A DNA stretch of 64,000 nucleotides from Eledone cirrhosa (lineage: Eukaryota). A program made the translations under genes and the position numbers. The notes under the pieces were generated by a model. That model was not told the origin of the DNA. It searched no databases and saw nothing but the letters and a program-made list of their open reading frames with translations. The first letter of the stretch is position 1. Each line of letters begins with the position of its first letter. Below, piece after piece: positions 11,465-25,147 of this stretch. The DNA is taken from contig OZ024740.1 in assembly GCA_964016885.1 (NCBI GenBank), positions 356,748,001 through 356,812,000 of the forward strand, read 5' to 3'.

Positions 11465-13549
11465 AATTAAGTTAAAAATGTACATCTACATATGCATACT
11501 GAAATACTAGTATGCATATGAATACACACACGTATACATATGTAGATGTACCAAGTCTTTCACTGGTTACTTTACTGTGAGTAACCCAGCTATTCTGTAT
11601 GTAAACACACAGACAAACCGGTTTTTAGAGTCATACTGGTTTTCGAGGAAACGCCTTTCCTCTATTCTCCAGAAAGCCAGACAAGGAATATTGAACTAGT
11701 TTCGTTGTTGTTACAACTCATCAGCAATATTTACCTATCTACCGGCCTTTCTGGAGAATCGTAAAAGCACATATCGTTATATGCTTTTTCTATGAAAATT
11801 AGTAGGGCAATGTAAGATACATTCTCAGAGTATGCACATAGTTATTAGCTTCAATAAAACGGGTGCCTATAATAGTTCCCGGATTCGAGTTTCGGCCGCA
11901 CTTAATGCCGCAGTAAGGTGCACTGCACCATCCGTCAGCATATATTTTGCAACAATGCACAATCGGCTTATGCGGCTTCACCAGCGGGTATCGCCTAATC
12001 AATAACCAATCGATCGACAGATTCCAAACCCTAGCCCATGCCGGTCATGACTGTTTGTGACAACCGACACGGTAAAGCGACTATCAACTGGAACCCGATA
12101 CAACTCTGTCCCTCGACTAGCAACCGATTTACAAATTTTATGTTGTGGGAGAATAGAAAACCAATCTGTTCGTTCCCGTCAAAATGCGCTCAGCCAACGT
12201 GTCTCACACACAAATTAATAAGAGGTGAAAGTATGGTTATTAGAAATAGCAGTCCACATCGATGTATAATAGAATGGTAGCATTCGGCTCATGTCTCCAT
12301 GTCCCATGGGAAGAGGAAAGCGATAGTAACTATGGTAGTGCCAAGAACATTTAACGAACTTTAAATGCGATTATCCATTATAGAGCGATATAGTAGCGGG
12401 CTGGAATGTGTCAGCCGCGTGCGTAAAAAACAGTCTATTTCACAACTTAAAAGAGTATCGTTTAGTCACGAGTGCAGTAAGATTACATTTTGTGTGAAAT
12501 ACTATGTGTTTACGTAGTAAATGATAGTTAAAAGACTACCTATTACAAATGCTTCTCAAACATAAGGTCATACATAAGAATATCAAACATAAGGTCATAG
12601 CACTTGTCTCAAAGATTTGGGCAATTCTAAAATTTTTTTTTAAATCTGAAATGCACGCTTAAAATTTTCTACAGAAATAATATGCTGCTACAAAAGGAAC
12701 TTCAAACATCACTGGTGACAACTCACTACATTATACTAAAAGAAGAGAAATAAATAAAGAAATCTATAGAAATATATTTTTGTAAATAAGACAATAGAAC
12801 CGTGTGGAAATGGAAGCACCAATTGAAACATAAGTTTTAAATCTCCGAAGCCGTTTATGAAAGTATTGAAGAAGACAAGAAAACACACTTCGATCTTCTG
12901 ACGTGGAAGAGGCTCCTATCAGAAGAAACCGTCACCGAATCATCATTTTTCTTACCTGTTGTACAAATCTGGCTGGACACAGAACACTGCACAAACATTC
13001 TAAAAGTTCTATAGAGTTATGAAATAATACATATGAATAAGCCATAGATGACGAACATCATTAAGTAATGTCAGTTTCATGGGGAGATAAAACGCCTCTA
13101 TCCTTTTGAAGGAAAAAAAATAAAAATAAATGAGTATAAATCCTGGAAAACTGTAAGTCCGGTATTAAAAAAAAAAAAAAAAAATCACAAGGGATTGACA
13201 CTCCAAATTCACTATTCTCCTTTTATTTTGTCCACTTTTCAAATTAAATGACACGACGGTTCAGTTATATTCAAATATTGTAAGCGCGTCCATTGAGAAT
13301 ATCGTTACGTTGTTTGCGAAAATGTAAAACAAATCTTTATATCCCAGACAGAAATGTTGACTTTTATTACTAGATATTTGTCTGCTCGTGGATTTTGTAT
13401 TTCGCTCTATGTCTTCACCATTAACAAGAGGAAGGCAACGACGACAACAGTGTCATTAACAACAACAACTCTACCTTTAACAAGAGGAAGCCAACCCCAG
13501 CATCAGTTACTCAGCATCAGTGACTCACTGATGCTGGGGTTGGCTTCCA

Positions 13550-16508
13550 CCCCTCCAAATCGACACCTGCAGCACTTGCGGCACCACTAACAAACGGAAG
13601 AGGGACTGGAACTGTTTGGGGTGCGGCTGCTTCCACCACCCCGCCTGCGTTGGCTTGACTCGTCGAGCTTCCAATGCTCTCGCAGCGTGGGGATGCAGGA
13701 GCTGCCTCTTCCCCACGTCTTCCCAGCCACGGCCGTCTGGCACACCACCAGATGGGACATCGAGCTTGCCTGACGCCCGAGCCTCGCTGTCAACATCGCT
13801 CGGCTCAGGCGGCTCCGGAAGATGCCACTCAGAATCCCGAGTGCGGCACGGGTGCCGGTAGCCGATGCACCTCACTTCCTCGATTGAGAGAGCCCTGGAC
13901 TCCAATCGAGCCAGTGACTGGGGGCGGCTGTTCTGTTTCGTCCCACTCGCCCTCGGCCTCCCCAGCTCTGGCGCTGACCGGGGCGGCCGGCCAACAGCAG
14001 CCTTCGTCAAGGCCAATGTCTCGTCATTTGGGCGAGCGGCCATTCCAAGCGTGCCCAGGGACGCCACACACCCCACCCTCAGGTACCGCCTATCCTCCAC
14101 CCCCGAGGCCAGCGCCAAGCGTTTGCATGACCAGGTAAACGCAAAGCTTATCATGGGTGATGTCTCGGCCGCAGTCAGAGTTGTTGCCTCAGAGAACACT
14201 GTCCTCCAACCCACCGAGGAGGTCCTGGCTGCTCTGCGGCTCAAACACCCTGAGCCATCCACTGATCTCAGACCCATACCCCAACCCGACCCCACCTGCT
14301 CCTTGTGGCTACTGATGCAGATATCATGTCCGCCATCAGGTCCTTCCCAGCTAGCAGCTGCGGAAATGTTGATGGTCTCCGACCAGGCCACCTCACGGGG
14401 TTGACATCCCCCCTCTCCGCTGAGGCCGGGTGCCGCCTTCTGAGTGCAATTGTGGCGCTCACCACTAGGCTCATTCATGGTGCCCTCGACCCTTACGCCC
14501 GAGGCCTCTTTTTTTCGGCCAGCCTCACCGCTCTCAGGAAGAAAGAGGGTGGCATACGCCTCATTGCTGTGGGCAATGTCTTCCGTAGGCTGGCTGCCAA
14601 GGTGATCACATGAACTGGGTGAGGAGTTTAGTCCGGTGCAACTGGGTGTCGGCGTGTCCGGTGGCTGTGAGGGAGCCGCTCATGCAATCAGGCTGTTCTT
14701 CAGCAGCTGCCCATCGGTACTGGTATCCAGGGACTTCAGGCACCTCATAGTCAAGCTTGACATGAGGAATGCCTTTAATTCTTTACGCCGGGATCATCTG
14801 CTCGAGGCCTGCCTCTCCCGAGCCCCCTCTGCCTACCCGCTGGCCTACCTGTCATATGGAGCCCCGAACATGCTCCTAGCTGCTGATACGGTCATACCCT
14901 CGGCTACTGGGGTCCAGCAGGGAGACCCTTTGGGACCCCACCTGTTCGCCCTTGGTATTGACCACATCGCCCGGAGTATCACGGCCCCTCTCTACGTTTG
15001 GTATCTGGATGATGCTACGTGGGCGGACCCGTACGGACGGTCTGCCAAGACCTCCAATCAGTGATTCCTGCCCTGGCGGGAATCGGCCTCCAGGTCAACT
15101 CGGCCAAGTCGGAGGTGGTGAACGTCAGCCTCGATGCTGCGAGCTTTGCAGCCTCCGTCTTGGACGTGCGGTCCATTCTCCGCCAAGTTCAGGTGACTCC
15201 CAAAGAGGATGTCCTCATCCTCAGGTCACTGATCCACCCGTCGGCCATCCGATCCACCATCAGGTCTAGGCTTTCAACAGCTCCAGACTCTCACGAGCCG
15301 ACTGGGCTTGATTGACGGCCACCCAGCTCTCTTTCTGCTGAGGAACTGCTTCGCCATGCTAAAGCTCCTCTATACACTCCGCAGCGCTCCATGCTACGCT
15401 CAGACATCTCTCCTCGCTGACCTCGATACTTGTATCCGAGCAGCAGCCGAGGGGATATGCAACGTCAAGTTTGACGACATAGGGTGGCAACAGGCCACTT
15501 TACCTGTCAGGTATGGCGGCCTTAGCCTCCGGTCCCCGATCTCACTAGCTTTGCCGGCGTATCTTTCGTCGGTAACCTCGTGCAGCGTCCTCGTCAGCAG
15601 GGTCTTCAAAACAGAACCCTCTGTGTTCAGAGAACGTGAGGCCGCCTGTGAGACGTGAGACCGACTGGGACTTAGCCCAGTAGACGTCCCTCCTCCTTCT
15701 CTCCCTGTTGACGTCAAGTCCCCCAACGCACTTGGGATGCCATCCAGTGCGGCCTGGCCTCAGACAGGCTCACGCGCCAGCACGACCAGCACCGCCTTGC
15801 TTGTTTTCGTGCGGCCTCCAAACCCCACAGTGGTGCCTGGCTCCATGCCCTGCCCTCCTTCTCCACTGGCACGCAGCTAGACAACCATAGCCTGCGAATC
15901 GGCGTTTCCCTGAGGCTCGACCTCCGAATCTGCCAGCCACACCAATGTCGCTGCGGTTCCACCGTGGACTCTTTCGGCCTCTACCCGCTTTCCTATCGCC
16001 ACAGTGCCGGCCGCATTCCACGCCATGCTGCCCTCAACGAGGTCATTAATCATAGCTTGGACGCTGCAGGCTTCCCTTCCCAGCTCGAGCCGGTGGGGCT
16101 AGATCGAGGGGACGGCAAAAGGCCAGATGGCATGACCATCTTCCCGTTCCGCGGAGGCAAACCCCTCGTCTAGGATGCCACTTGCACCGACACTTTCTGC
16201 AGCCGCAACCTGGTGCAGTCTGCCACTGACCCAGGTTCTGCTGTACGTCGGGCTGAGGGGGCCAAACTCCTCAAATACCGGTCGCTCTCTGACAGGTTTG
16301 CGGTCGTTTCCCTGGCAGTGGAGACTTCTGGTGTCCTCGGCCCCAGGGCTACCTCCTTACTCACCACCATAGGCGCTGAGCTGGCCAGCCGCAGGTATGA
16401 GCTCCGCGAGTTGGAGTGGATTTTCCAGCGCGTCTCCCTTGCTGTCCTCCGGGGAAACGCCTTCTCCATCCTGTCCGCTGGGGCTGTGGGTGAGCCCCAT
16501 CTCGTACC
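13550..16508 (+). mobile_element. CRE-clade non-LTR retrotransposon (RT + restriction-like endonuclease), decayed
   Basis: GC-rich; GGIRLIAVG, QLGVG, KLDMRNAFNS, GVQQGDPLGP, YLDD, ATLPVRYGGL, SGAWLHALP, RHAALN, RPDG, KY, AVETSG spread over several frames with stops and frameshifts. Confidence 0.85.
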
Positions 16509-17029
16509 AATACATTATTTAAATACCATTCTTCCATCGGATAGCAGGAAAATAGAGCGCATAACAAAACAAAAACACAATAAAAAAGTGAAAATTTGTT
16601 TAACTTACTCTCAATAGTCCGCTAGTTGGGAGATAATAATAATAATAATGAGTTGACGGACCCAGCATATTTATCAATGCAGGACCGGTTGTATCGCAGT
16701 GTACTCTATGGGCAATGTAAGATACATTCCCAGACACATATATATATTTGGGGAGGGGGTACGAGGGGGTATGTTCCTGGGTTTGGGTAAAAGAAAATAC
16801 AAGAGGATCAGTTAATTATGTTTTTATTCAACGTATTCCCTTCTCAGATTCACCCACACTTATTGCAGCGGTTCTACACTTTTTCTAAGTCCTGTAAAAA
16901 GAACTCTCATGGTTGGGTCTCCAATCAGGCCTCTGTGATACCTTTAAAGCCAAAAACTTTTCAACACCCCCTTGTGTGTATACTGAATAAATGCATATAC
17001 TTACATACACATGATGGTTGCAAACTCTG

Positions 17030-17820
17030 CTAAGAGTATTGCAATCGCTTGTCAGCTCCAGATGTGTGACGCTCGGATATGGCTTATCTAGCTTCCTTCG
17101 CACATTGATGACAGCTATGGATCTCCCTGGCCTTAGATCTTGCATCAGGTTGCCTGTAAACTTTCACAATACCGTGGATAACATTGTTCACTGGTTCCCT
17201 TTGAACATGGTTGCGACTGTGGCTCCTGAGACCAGATTTGCTCAAGCAAATCTTTCCACACTCAGGGCACACCAATTCAATGGAGACACCAATTATTTCG
17301 AGTGAGACACCAAGGCATTGCTTACGCACATCCCGTTTGATCTTTTCGTGTTCTATGCGTCTGTCCTCAAAATTATGGACCCCATGATTCACTATTCCAC
17401 GCCAAGTTTCTCTTTCAAGAGCTTCTATCTTCCAGTCACCCACAATCAAGCCAGTCATTTTCAATGAGTCCTTTACATAATCCTTGAATCATAGCTTTGG
17501 TTTGTGAGGTGGTTTCGTACCTTTACAAACTCGCCATACAAAGGTTGTTTCGGGATTCGATCGTCATCCATTCTGAAGAGGCATCCGGTCCCTCGCAAAC
17601 GCCGTTGGTGGATGATACTCTCAATGCTCCGACACTCACTGCTCTCAAGAACCTCAACATCACTCACATGCAACTACCACTTGAGATAGAGCATCTTTCT
17701 GAGAAACTGCTGCTGAAATAGTTCCAGTCTTTTGATATGCCGTTAGCAGGCAACCCAGTACACATGCGGCATACATTTTCACCTTGGTCTTCATTGTGAT
17801 TCCTCGCCTGCACCAAAGAC
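17030..17820 (-). mobile_element. older 5'-truncated RTE LINE (different subfamily)
   Basis: TKVKMYAACVL, HVSDVEVL, RMDDDRIPKQPLYGE, CPECGKICLSKSGLRSHSRNH; frameshifted. Confidence 0.8.
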
Positions 17821-17859
17821 ATACACATACATATAAGCACAAATACATGCATACATACA

Positions 17860-18451
17860 TGGTGGTGGCTGCCAATTCGTTTTCGAATACGGCCACTACT
17901 TTATATCCATGTAGGAGAACTCCTACCGATGCGCTGAACGAGTGTGACTTTTTAGTCCAGCCAGCGACTTGAAAACTCTGGTACAAACACTACACCTGTG
18001 ACAATTATTGACACATAGTGCTGGACCCATGGTACCATGTGACGACAAGTGCAGAACAGATCTCCAGATATAAAGCAATGCCTCTGTCGTGAAGCTTTTA
18101 TAGTGAGCAAAGGCACTGCACAAAGTCAGTCCCACTCTCTTAACCAAGATGATATTTACCAAAAAGAAGAACAAGTCAACATCATTGGATACCATCGGGG
18201 TTGCAGGTGTTATATCCTCCTAGAATTCTGCCTTGACAAAGGCTAAGAGGTCATCTCTCCCGGTGATTTTGGATGGCCATGGACTCTTAAGAGCTTCTTT
18301 GCCCTTTGACAGGTTTTGTTTTTAGTCCTGCAGGATATCCAAAGTCACCCTCCTCACCAAGAAACCTTGGTGGGGTTGGTCGCCAATGACCCGACCATGA
18401 GACAGGTTATACTGGGATACATGTACCAGTAGCACCAACTGGTGACCTGAC
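17860..18451 (-). mobile_element. bipartite non-autonomous RTE derivative (~600 bp), copy 1
   Basis: 5' part resembles the RTE 5'UTR (22540-22760); 3' part encodes CSVCTRVFKSLAGLKSHTRSAHR* and the RTE-like 3' end; (ATGT)n tail. Confidence 0.85.
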
Positions 18452-18544
18452 AAACATACATACATACATACATACATACATACATACATACATACATACA
18501 TACATACATACATACATACATACATACATACATACATACATACA

Positions 18545-18608
18545 TGATGGCTGCCCCCTCGTTATCAAGTATGGCCATTGCACGAGGAAAAAAAAACAAA
18601 AAAAAAAC

Positions 18609-18644
<36 letters not shown>

Positions 18645-18681
18645 AATGAAAAGAAAATAAAAAAAAGAAAAAAAAAGAGAA

Positions 18682-18712
<31 letters not shown>

Positions 18713-21700
18713 TATACATATACACACACATACACACACACACACACATACATTAATAACAATAATAATAATAATAATAACAACAACAATAATAATAACG
18801 ACAACAACAATAATAATATACATATACATATATATATATACACACACACGCACACACACAAGCATATCTACACACACACACACACACGATAGCAACTAAC
18901 AGCGCTGCGATCGAATGTGGCTTTTTAGCCCAGCCAATGATCTAAAATGTCTTGCACAGAGTCGGCAACCAAAACATTCACTGGGAATAGTCGGCTGTGG
19001 TTGGAGTTCGTGTACTTTTGCATGTCGCTTGAGCCCTCCTGCTGATTTACATTCTCTACCACATGTTTGGCAAGCATGATGAGTAGAATCTCGAACAGCA
19101 GCCTGGTAGTCAACCACTGGTCTTTCTTTATGACTGCGAAGATGACTTTCGAGTCCAGCTTTGCTTAGGCAGAGTCTCGCACATACGCTGCATGACAGCA
19201 CCATAGGAGGACCCTCGCCGTCTGGAAGTGCAACAGCAATGCCCTTCCTCACATCCCGCTTTACTTTCTCGTATGCGATACGAGATGCCTCAAAGGCAAC
19301 TTTTCCCTCATATACAGTCTTTCTCCATTTATTACGATCAGCAGCAATATTCTCCCATGTATCACCAGAGATGTTAGCGTCTTTCAGAGAGGCTTTCAAG
19401 GAATCCTTATACCTCTTTTTTGGTTTATATGGCGGTCGTTTTCCTTTAACCAACTCTCCATAAAAGAGTTGTTTTGGTATTCTAGAATCCTTCATCCTGG
19501 CAAGGTGACCACTCCAACGGTGTCGTTGCTTAAGCACAAGAGCTTCTATACTGTCACACATAGAGCTTTCCAAAATCTCGACATCACTGATGTGGTCCCT
19601 CCAGTGAACGCCATGGATCCGTCTGAAACACATCTGATGGAAACGCTCCAATTGCTTAAGGTGGTGTCGATATGTGACGCAGGTCTCGCAGGCATAAAGA
19701 AGACAAGAGAGCACACATGCCCTGTACACCTTTACCTTTGTCCTCCTGCATATGTCTCGCCGACCCCAGAGTCGCTTTTCTAGCTTTCCGAAAGCATCAC
19801 TTGCTTTCCTAATCCTAAGTGAGATTTCACTGTCAAGGTTGCTGTATCGATTGACAGTGCTTCCCAGGTAGACAAACTGATCAACCACTCCAAGTCGTTT
19901 GCCATACACATAGATGTTTGGTTCAGTGTACTGCTTGCCAGGGGCAGGTTGGTACATGACGACGGTTTTCTTGAGATTGACAGTCAGACCTAGGGCAGTG
20001 CAAGCGTCAGAAAATGCATTCAAAATGTGCTGCATATCACTCTCTGTGTGCGCTACAAGATCGCAATCATCTGCATACAAGAGGTCTCTTATGATTGATG
20101 TAAACACTTTTGTCTTCGCAGCAAAGCGCCTGATGTTAAATATGCTGCCTGAGGTTCGATATCGGATGTAAACACCATGCTCGCAATTCCTGAATGCAAT
20201 ACAGAAAACCATTGCAAAGTATATGGCAAACAGGGTCGGTGCTGGAATATCCCCCTGCTTCACTCCATTTTTACTGAGATAGGCTCCGACATGTTACCCC
20301 CGACATTAACCCAAGCCTTCATGTCGTCATGGAAAGACCTAACTAAAGCAAGGAACTTATCAGGGCAACCAAGTTTCTGGAGAACCTTCCATAATGCATC
20401 TCTGTTAACAGTATCGAAAGCTTTTGTCAGATCGACAAAAACCTGATACAGATCCAAGCCTTGTTCCATGCACTTCTCCTGGAGCTGTCTAGCTGAGAAG
20501 ATTATATCAGTAGTGCCGCGTCCAGCACGAAAACCAGATTGACTTTCAGGAAGAACACAATCTGCAATGTGTGTCAGCAGACGGTCCAGAAGCACCCTAC
20601 ATAAAACTTTCCCTACGACAGAAAGCAATGATATACCTCTGTAGTTCCCACAATCGTTCCTGTTACACTTTCCCTTGTACAAGACCACCATTACTGCATC
20701 TCTCCAGTCCTCAGGCACGGATTCATTAGCCCATATCCTGCCAAACAAAGAGTGAAGATGTTGCAGGAGTCTCTCACCACCATATTGTAGGAGCTCAGCA
20801 TGTATGCTAATCAATACCTGGAGATCTTCCACTGTTCAGCTTCGAAATAGCCACTGCAACCTCCACAAGCGTCGGGGGTTCTGCGAGAGCTACTTTCACA
20901 GGACTTTCTGGAATGAGATTGAGGAAATCTTCACTGACGACAGACGGCTGATTCAAAAGATCATGAAAGTGCTCTCGCCACCTTCGTAGAATTCCTTGTG
21001 AGTCACTAAGAAGTTCTTTGCCATCCTTGCTGCGAAGCGGTGTCACCAGAGAAGAAGACGGTCCATAAACCTCACGCAAGAGACTGAACAACAGCTTTGT
21101 GTTATTGGAATCAGACGCAATTTGTATCTCACCAGCCTTCTCACTCCACCACTGATCCTTCATCTGAGAAAGACTCCGCCTAACACGTGATTTTACATCC
21201 CTGAGTTCCTCATGCAACGTATTCCTCTCCTGTGGTTTTGCCGTCAAGTAGCGTGACAGAGCACGCCTCTTATCAGCCAAAAAGTCTTCTATATGTACAT
21301 CATTCTCATCAAACCAGTCCTGATGTTTCCTCTGCGCCAATCCCAGGACACGCCTGCCTACATCATAAACCGACTTTTTAAGGGTCGGCCAATCCTCACC
21401 AAGATCTGCAGCCTGCATCTCTTCTTCCAATGTCCTCTTCACATTTTTATCCTTAAGACGAGCAGCATTCAATCTTTTGGGCAGGGCAACACCAGGAGTC
21501 CGGATTTTACGTTTAGTGATTAGTTTCACTTTTGCGCGTACCAGGCGGTGGTCCGTCCAGCACTCAGCTCCACGAAGAACACGAACACACTGCACATCCT
21601 GTCTGTCACGCATCCTGACTAGGACGTAGTCCAAAAGATGCCATTCCTTAGATGCAGGATGCATCCATGTGGTCTTGAATTTGTTCTTTTGTTGGAACAT

Positions 21701-22800
21701 GGTGTTGGTAACACATAGATCCAGCTCCTCACACATCTGCAGCAGGAGCATACCATTGCTGTTACACTTTCCCACCGCATGCCTTCCGATTACATTCCAT
21801 GTGTTAAAATCTCTACCCACTCTAGCATTAAAGTCACCAAGCACGATGACTTTGTCTGCCTGAGGGATATTTCTTAAAACACCTTTCAAGGCATGGTAAA
21901 AGGACATCTTTTCCTCATCGACAGAACTCATAGTTGGAGCATACACACTCACCAGGGTAGCATATCTTCCCTTGTCCAGCGGAACTCTCATGGACATAAG
22001 ACGCTCACTAATACCTACTGGGAATTCTTCTAATTTGTTCACAAGCACAGTATTAACGGCAAATCCTACCCCAGCCTCTCTTCTGGTTCCTTCATCTCTT
22101 CCTTTCCAGAAGAATGTATATTCTCCACAAAATTCCGTAAGATTACCATCTCCAGCTAGCCTCGTCTCAGATAAAGCCACGATGTCAAGATCGTAACGTC
22201 GAAGCTCCTTTGCAACAAGAGCGGTCCTTCGTTCAGGACGCCCCAAGGAATCCCTGTCAAGCAGCGTCCGTACGTTCCAGCAGCCAAGACTAAATGCCTT
22301 GTTTGGCTCTATTACAATGGCACGATGACGAGCGGGCCCAGGCTGTGATAACCTGGGGCCCCTGCCCTTATTGCCAATGATATGTTTTGTTCCAGAACCT
22401 AAATTGCCAATTATCTCTTTTATATTGTTCTGGAACATCATTGAATTGGAAAAAAAAGAAAAAAAAAAAAAGTAATAATAATGGTAATAATAATAATAAT
22501 AATAGTACACTATTAATAATTATTAATGCACTCGTGCAATGCCTGTGCGTGACGAATATTTTTAAAGTGAGGAAAGACTGTGCACTGAGCCAATCCCACT
22601 CTCTGAGCGACAGTAGCTATAACCCGAAAAGAAGAAAAGATCAACATCATCGGTAACTACTGAGCCGCAGGTTTTATATCGGAGTTAACCCAGTTTCCTG
22701 AGATGCCTTCTCCTAGAAGAATGCCCTGACAAGGGCTAGGGGTTCTTCACTCCCAGTGGTTTAACTGCGCGATCGGGCATCCAGCCCGATTATTTCTATG
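18545..22800 (-). mobile_element. near full-length RTE LINE, copy 1
   Basis: 5'UTR, APE, RT, three zinc fingers, 3'UTR ending GGCAGCCATC(ATGT)n; two frameshifts near 20810 and 20265. Confidence 0.95.
18896..22440 (-). pseudogene. RTE ORF: apurinic endonuclease, reverse transcriptase, C-terminal zinc fingers (frameshifted)
   Basis: WNVRTL, ALSETR, VYAPT, GDFNAR, WTDH; NYRGISLL, QSGFR, FVDLTKAFD, KQGD, LYADD, YLGS; CxxC...HxxxH fingers. Confidence 0.92.
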
Positions 22801-23074
22801 TCCCCGCGCAAAAAAAAAAAAAAGAAATCACTTATTGACATTTATACGTACGACATACACACACACGCATACATATGCGCGCACACAGCAACACTCATAC
22901 ATACAAACAAACACACACACACGCTACTCTACTCACACGCACACACACACATATATATATATATATATTACCGTCATTACTGATACAAGATTACAAGATT
23001 ATGTCAACTGTTGACTTTCAAGAGTTTGTATAGTTGAAGCCGATCGTACTACAGTCCAGTATTATTATAATTGC

Positions 23075-23225
23075 TTTACAGCATAGAGTCACGGCCCTCC
23101 ACGCTCTGAGCTCAAATCCCGCCGAGGTCAACCTTGCCTTTCATCCCCACGGAGTCAACAAAAGAGAGTACCAGTGATGCGCTGGGCCAGTCGCTGGATC
23201 TGTGCCAAAAGCAGAAAAATTATTA
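23075..23225 (+). mobile_element. SINE (Nin/OK-like)
   Basis: GAGCTCAAATCC B-box-like motif followed by GAGGTCAACCTTGCCTTTCATCCC...GTACCAGT core. Confidence 0.7.
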
Positions 23226-23549
23226 TTAAAATTGTTTTCTTAAGGCCCGGTCGCTGGTGATGGTGATGGCGGCGGAGGTAGTGGTGGTGGTGGCAATTTA
23301 TGTTGTTGTTGTGTTGTGTGCGTGTGTGTGTGTGTGTTTTGTTATTTTGAGGTTTTGGGGGGGTTTTTTCTCTTCTTTTTCTTTTTTTTTTAAATCTTTT
23401 GATGCCGCTGTTGTTGTTGTTGTAAATGTTCATTTCAGTTCATTCTGAAGCTGTTGTTGCTGTAAACATTAGTGCCGGTGTGGTTGTTGTAGATGTTGGG
23501 GTTGAAATCTGGTCGTTTGACTGAGTGATGTATATACACACATATACAA

Positions 23550-23593
<44 letters not shown>

Positions 23594-24060
23594 TCAACAG
23601 AGAGTAGAGAGTTTGACAACAGGTCGATGACTTTAGTCTAGATAGGGTAATGACATGTGATGGTGGGGAGAGAGTGTAGAAGTTATTGTGGTGGCGGGGG
23701 TACAGTGCGATGTATCTAGTTCATTTGACCGTTTTCTTCTCTTTGAAAAATTTGAATTTTAGCCATGTTATATTGAGATGTAAGTAAATGTAAAATGTAA
23801 AATATAAATAAGGATTGCTCTGCTAAAATATACTAAAAATTTGTGTAACTTCCACAAACTTCTGTCGTGACATTCCCGAGTCCAGTGACCAACATATTGT
23901 TGTATTTTGATGTTTCAGAATACAAAAATTAATTAAAAACTTACTCCACGAAAAGACAGCGTGTGTTGTCCTATCTATAAGCCACCTCATACATACATAC
24001 ATACATACATACATACATACATACATACATACATACATACATACATACATACATACATAC

Positions 24061-24662
24061 ATGGTGGCTGCCAACTCGTTTTCGAGTACGGCCACTACTT
24101 TATATCCATGTAGGAGAACCCCTACCGATGTGCTGAACAAGTGTGACTTTTTAGTCCAGCCAGCGACTTGAAAACTCTGGTACAAACACTACACTTGTGA
24201 TAATTATTGACACATAGTGCTGGGACCATGGTACCATGTGACGACAAGTGCAGAGAGATCTCCTGATTTAAAGTAATGCCTGTGCCGTGAAGCTTTTATA
24301 GTGAGCTGCACAAAGCCAGTCCCACTCTCTTAACCAAGATGATATTTACCAAAAAGAAGAACAAGTCAATATCATTGGATACCATCAGAGTTGCAGGTGT
24401 TATATCAGAGTTTTCCACCTCCTAAAATTCTGCCTTGACAAAGGATAAGGGGTCATCTCTCCCGGTGATTTTGGATGGCCATTGACTCTTAAGAGCTCCT
24501 TTGCCCTTTGACAGGTTTTGTTTTTAGTCCTGCAGGATGTCCAAAGTCACCCTCCTCACCAAGAAACCTTGGTGGGGTTGCCAGTTTAGTAGCCAATGAC
24601 CCGACCATGAGACAGGTTGTACTGGGATACATGTTACCAGTAGCACCAACTGGTGACCTGAC
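24061..24662 (-). mobile_element. bipartite non-autonomous RTE derivative, copy 2
   Basis: highly similar to 17860-18451; (ATAC)n on both sides. Confidence 0.88.
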
Positions 24663-24726
24663 ATACATACATACATACAAACATACATACATACATACAT
24701 ACATACATACATACATACATACATAC

Positions 24727-24809
24727 ATGATGGCTGCCCCCTCGTTATCGAGTATGGCCATTGCACAAGAAAAAAAAAAAAATAAATAAATAAAATTAAA
24801 AAAAAAAAA

Positions 24810-24844
<35 letters not shown>

Positions 24845-24868
24845 TAAAAGAAAAAAAAAAAAAAAGAA

Positions 24869-24917
<49 letters not shown>

Positions 24918-24985
24918 CATACATATATACATACACTCATACATACACATACACTCACACATATATACACACATACATTAATAAC

Positions 24986-25022
<37 letters not shown>

Positions 25023-25101
25023 GCAATAATAATAATAACGACAACAACAATAATAATATACATATTGATATATATATACACACACACGCACGCACATAAG
25101 C

Positions 25102-25147
<46 letters not shown>

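Noticed and set aside
13525-14478. 317-aa minus-strand ORF
   Set aside because: Antisense shadow of the GC-rich CRE coding region, with no recognisable motifs.
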